The position numbers were made by a program, and so were the translations under genes. DNA of 61,310 nucleotides, filler included, from Cystobasidiomycetes sp. EMM_F5 (Eukaryota), in the NCBI GenBank assembly GCA_051047955.1. It is 3 parts of 3 records of this genome, joined end to end, with 100 filler letters (N's around TTAATTAATTAA, not from the genome) between each part and the next. Parts side by side here need not be neighbours in the genome. Positions count along the whole stretch, not along the records: positions 51,128 to 61,310 come from JBPGPT010000076.1; 2 more parts are not named here. One strand, given 5' to 3'. The notes below the pieces were generated by a model. That model was given only the letters and a program-made list of their open reading frames with translations, was not told the DNA's origin and searched no databases. Shown here in pieces: positions 56,355 through 61,310 of this stretch (the first letter of the stretch is position 1; each line of letters begins with the position of its first letter).

Positions 56355-58124
56355 CTAATCTTGGACTACCGGCTGAGACAGCGCAAAATCGGAGTACTGC
56401 CTCGCTTTGACTTCATCACAGCGTCGTCGGTACTCGTGACCTGCGCCATTGTACCGAAATACTGACCGTTTCTGTTTATGAGCGAGATTTGTATTCACGC
56501 CTGTCATCCAAGAATCCACCTCCTGTGATAGCATGCCCTCGCCAGTTTCCGTGACATGTTGCGTCCAGGCTTCCACACCCTGTTCAGTTGCTTCCATGCG
56601 GGTGATGCAGTTGTCCTGCGCAAATTTGAGATAATCTGCGGTCCAGTTAACCGCGTACTCAATGCTGCGCGGGAAGTTACCGAAGGCCTGGTGTGGACCC
56701 ATTATCATAAGCATGTTTGGAAATCCTTTGACAGTGAGGCCTAGCTGGGTTCGAATACCGTTGCTCCATTCATCTGTCAATTGTTGGCCATTCCGGCCGC
56801 GGATGTCCACATTTCTGAATGATCCCGTTGTCGCATCGAAGCCTGACGAATTGAGCTCAGTAATTACAGCCCCGGCGTGTCCCACCATTCTTACCGGTAG
56901 CATAGATCAGGGTATCCAATTCATATAACTGTTTGCTTGTCTCGACACCTTCGTAAGTAATCCTGACGATGGGCTCCTCATACTTTATATCGACCAAATC
57001 CACATTCGGCTGATTGTAGACCTCGAAATATTGTGTTTCCAGTGGAAGACGTCGGGTTCCGAAGCCATGACATTGTGGGATGAGCTTGTCCGCAACTCTT
57101 TGATCGTGCACTCTGCCTCTAATCTTGGCTGCCATGAAGTTGCTGTAGAGTTTGTTGGCATCCCGATTCACGAAGATATCGCCGTTGACACCCAGAAATT
57201 TTGCAAACCCGGGTTGTTCATACAGTTGCTCCCAAATTCGGAGACGCTCTTCCGGATCCATCTGCAACGTATTAAGAGTTGTCGTATTATGCACAAATCC
57301 CGCCCATGATTCAGAACACTTCTTGAAAATTTCGGGGTACCGCTTCCGTATTTGTACCATTTCCTCAGCTGAAATTTCTGAGTTACGAAGCGGTGCAGAC
57401 CAGTTTGGAGTTCGCTGGAAGACAGTCAAGTGTCCAACCTGCTTTGCAATGGTTTGTATGACCTGGATCCCAGTCGCACCGGTACCGATTATCCCGACTC
57501 GTTTCCCAACAATGCCAGAATTATCCTCTGGCCATCGCGATGTGTGATATGCGTTTGGAAAATCTTGCACTCCAGGTATATTGGGTGGTGTTGGTTGATT
57601 TAGTATTCCCATCGCTGTGACCATATATCGACACGTGAACCTGTTGCCATGCTGGTCCGACAGAATCCAGTAATCTCCGTCGTCTTGGTAATGTGCAGAC
57701 ACGATGGTGGTGTTAAATATCATGTCTTTGCGAAGATCGAATTTATCTGTAAGAAAGTTCGCATAACGCAGGATCTCTGGCTGTCCTGCGAAATGCTCAG
57801 ACCAATGCCATTCATCAAGAACCTCTTGCGAAAAGGCGAAACCGTACGACCAGCTCTCTGAATCGAAGCGTGCTCCAGGGTAACGATTCCTGTTGCATGG
57901 TTGCTGTTGAGCGATGCTCGAAATCATTGATATTCTAGTCCTACTAACCAGTACCATGTCCCGCCCTCCCCAGAGCCAGCTTCAAACGCCTTGACGCGGT
58001 AGCCGAGCTCGCGCAGCCGGTATAGGGAGTAAATTCCACTGAGTCCGCTGCCTATGACCAGAGCATCATAATCGAGTTTGGCATTGACACGGTGAAACCG
58101 TTCTTTGCCTGCTTCAACGGCCAT
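56355..58124 (-). CDS. Baeyer-Villiger monooxygenase (CHMO/PAMO family)
   Basis: VIGSGLSG, GGTWYW|NRYPGARFDS, fingerprint FPNAYHTSRWP, IIGTGATGIQ, FQRTPNW, LIYATG|FD. Confidence 0.93.
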
Positions 58125-58572
58125 TCCGAGTTCCTTAGTGACGAATAGCTGCCCTGTGATACGCTAATAAGTGTCAAGGATAGTACAGCTTCGTAATGGC
58201 TAGCTTACTCGACACGCATGGCATATTAGTTAGCCGGCAACTCGGCAATTTTCCACTTTGCCGACGTGGACAGTGCAACGCGAAAGTCACTCGGCAGAAC
58301 CCGTCGACTGCTGTCGAAGATCTCTCCGCTTAGGCCATGACTACTCGATTATACCGCAATCCTTCTCGGTGGGTGTGTTTGCCGCATAAGATCTATCGCT
58401 GTATTGCCGAGCGGGCCGACTCGGTACTTGCGACTTTGTGCTTCAAGTACTTGGCCGAGAGAAGAATGAAGGCGTCGTTCAGCCGAGAGACCGGAAGAAT
58501 GTCCGCATTGAAAATACGGAGGCCCGCATTGCCCCTGTCGACCATCTTTATTCCCGCCAATCTTCCCGCACC

Positions 58573-60714
58573 ATGTCCCACCTCCCTCAGAAGACTCACA
58601 GCTTCACAGAAGAGAAGCAGAATGTGCCGGACGAATTCGAAAATGCAGGTCCGAGGAGTCCCGGAGAGCCTATCGAGACAGTACACCATGATGAAGGTGC
58701 CGTAATTTACGAGAGCTACAAAGGTCCGAGAACCTGGACGGATGCAGAAGAGATCGCTGTCCGACGGCGTGTGGACTTCCGTCTTATGCCCGTTCTTTGC
58801 ATGACATATGCGCTGCAATACTACGACAAGGCGATGCTCTCGCAAGCTGTGAGCGATGTTTCAAACACACCGAGAGCATATCTGACATTCAACGCAGGCA
58901 ATATTCGGCCTTCGCACGGAGCTGAATCTATTGATAGGCAATCGTTACTCTTTTGCTGCGGGTAGGTCCCCACCAAAATCAACAGATGGCCGGTCTGAAC
59001 CCGTATCTAGCCATTTTCTACATCGGCTTCATCGCTGGTGCCTACCCGAATATGTGGTTGGCACAACGCTACCCTATCGAGCGTGTCGCTTCAGGTGTCA
59101 TAACATTCTGGGGCATTACCTTGCTTCTAACAACGCAGTGCACAAATTACCAAGGCCTGTATGCCGAACGTTTCTTCTTGGGTTTCCTCGAAGCAGGCAA
59201 GCCCGCTCAGAGCTATACAGAATACGCGCTGCTGACTCTCCCTCAAACATAGGAATTTCACCTATGTTCATGGTTATCGTTGGCTCGTTCTACAAGAAGA
59301 ACGAGCAGGCGTTCAGGATGGGAGTCTGGTACTCGATGACGGGCTTGGCATCGGTGGTTTCACCTTTAGGTGGGCGTAGAGCACATGCAGCACGGATCGG
59401 AACTGAGTCTAAATCATGAACTGAACCTTCGGGCAGTTAATTACGGCTGGGGACAAGTTGGTAACGGGGTCAACACGTGGCGTTACATGTACTACTGGGC
59501 TGGCGCTCTTACGATTGCCTGGGGCATAGTCCTGCTGTGGCTCCTTCCAGGTGATCCGGTACATGCTCGCGGTTTCGATGAGCGTCAAAGATACATTATG
59601 GTCGCTCGCTTGCGGTCAAACAATGCAGGCGTTCGCAACAAGCATTTTAAAATGGCACAAATAGTGGAGCTTCTCCTCGATCTAAAATTCTGGATCACCT
59701 TCTCCATCGCTCTGCTTAGCATGATTTGTAACGTAAGATCTTGTTCATATTGCATAGAGGCTCAAGATGACCGAGAAGCTTTCGTCGAACAGGGACCTGT
59801 GTCATCTTTCCTTCCCATCATTATTCAGTCCCTTGGATTCAGTACTCTGACTACTCTGTTGCTGTTCATGCCGGCTGGAGCCATCGCCGCATTCTTCCAG
59901 GTAATTGAGGCAGATAGCGCGCCCTTTCATTCGCATTGATCTTCCATCTTTTTCAGCTTCTGGTACCGTACTTGGCTTCAAAGAAGCCTGGCATCCGGAC
60001 TTATTTAATTGCGGGGACTCAAGCCGTGACCATAGTATCTGCGGTCCTTCTGTGGAAGTTGCCACGGAGCAACACTGGAGGCTTGCGTAGGCTATGCTCA
60101 TTTCCTAAGAAGCCAATCGATGATAGTCATTGACGGGCGAACTACAGTCTACGCGTGTTACACACTCACAACGTACGGAAGTGGCTACGCTGTTATGATG
60201 GGTTTGATTATAGCAAATACCAGCGGGTAGGCTCACCATTCGGAGATACTTGAAAAGAGAAAAGAGCACGCTGACACAGCGTGGCAGATATACGAAGCGT
60301 ACCGCTTCTTCAGCGGGTCTGTACATGGGCTATTGCATCGGTAGATCCTAGATTTATTCATGCCGCAGTGAACCGTTGCTGACATCGTATCACGATGGGT
60401 CTTCGTCCTTTTTCGTGACTGCTGCATACAAAGGCAACATTATCGGTCCATTACTCTTCAAACCGGAGGACGCACCAGGCTATGCGCCTGCTTTCTTGAT
60501 TGTTGTCGTTACGGGCATCGCGGCCTTCATTTTGGCTTTCGCATATCGCTACGTGTGCATCTGGGACAATCGACGTCGTGACAGAAAGGGCGTTGAGGCA
60601 TTCGATAATGCGTTGGACGATGATTTGACGGATCTCAAGGTCAGTTTCTATACATCATTCAGAAAAACACTCTAATTTGGCTAGTAGAATCCTCAATTCC
60701 GATACGTACTGTAA
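58573..60714 (+). CDS. MFS transporter, allantoate permease (Dal5/ACS) family
   Basis: RRVDFRLMP...LQYYDK, ERFFLGFLEA, FYKKNEQAFRMGVWYS, NTSG..KR, GNIIGPLLF, DLTDLKNPQFRY. Confidence 0.92.
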
Positions 60715-61310
60715 ATGGGAAGAGGAGGTGACGGGAAGCGAACAGTGGATCGTGTATAGCTGAAGTAAATGCGGTCTTCAACCCATTAGGCTTTTGTCAG
60801 ACTAAAGAAGATCGTCTTGCCCGTAATTCGCATGCATCCTCAAAAGTCCTCACTATCTAGCACATCTGTATCTGACAGACGTATAGAATCTTGTGATACT
60901 ATAGAAACAAAGTCCAAACTGTCTGCGGATTTCAGTATATGCGCTTCTTTATTAATCGGCGAAAGCACTGCGCTTGATATCGATCAGCATCCATTCCGCA
61001 ATTATGATTCTACGGTCCGTGGAGCAGTCTGCGCAACGGACTGGACTGCGCTTCGTCCAGCTCCATATTCGGCATCCCTTGCTGATTACTATCACCCGCA
61101 ACTGTGGCATTGAATCAATGTATGAAAATTCAACCTACTCGAGCGCACCGCATTGCATCGCATCGCAGCCTATCAGGTCTTGAACTGCGTCCATCCGTGT
61201 ATATGGCCGATGGCGGAGTGAGCTGCGCCTCGTAGCTCCTCTCAGCTCCTCCATCAAACGTCATGCCGGACAGGACATAGGTAGGCTTCAGCTTGTAGCT
61301 TTTAAGCCGC

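Overview
Intron-rich, gene-dense fungal DNA, most consistent with a basidiomycete yeast (Pucciniomycotina-like; inferred). It is three contigs joined by artificial N-TTAATTAATTAA-N linkers: 1-26811, 26912-51027 and 51128-61310. Contig 1 looks like a pheromone/receptor (P/R) mating-type region, with STE3, a PH-CRIB PAK kinase (STE20/CLA4 type) and RPL20 (L18a). It also carries BAP31, PP28, RPL40, RPS9, a beta-carbonic anhydrase, an OPT transporter, two 2OG-Fe(II) dioxygenases beside an NCS1 permease, and an orphan gene. Contig 2 carries a Zn2Cys6 factor, SNX4, RCF2, YPK1, a CPD photolyase, a TKL kinase, three small secreted Cys-rich proteins split by introns in the ORF track, a ZNF706-like gene, NIF3, RRP41 and an MBOAT-like gene. 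Contig 3 holds a truncated flavin monooxygenase and a BVMO + metallo-lactonase + MFS cluster. The most striking structure is that contig 1 and contig 2 are each bounded by their own inverted repeat (X: 3-93 / 26719-26809; Y: 26912-27322 / 50618-51027), and every copy runs up to a gap or the window edge. This suggests a collapsed multi-copy element in alternating orientation, plausibly the missing pheromone precursor genes, bracketing potentially invertible segments. Gene models were spliced by eye, so boundaries are approximate.
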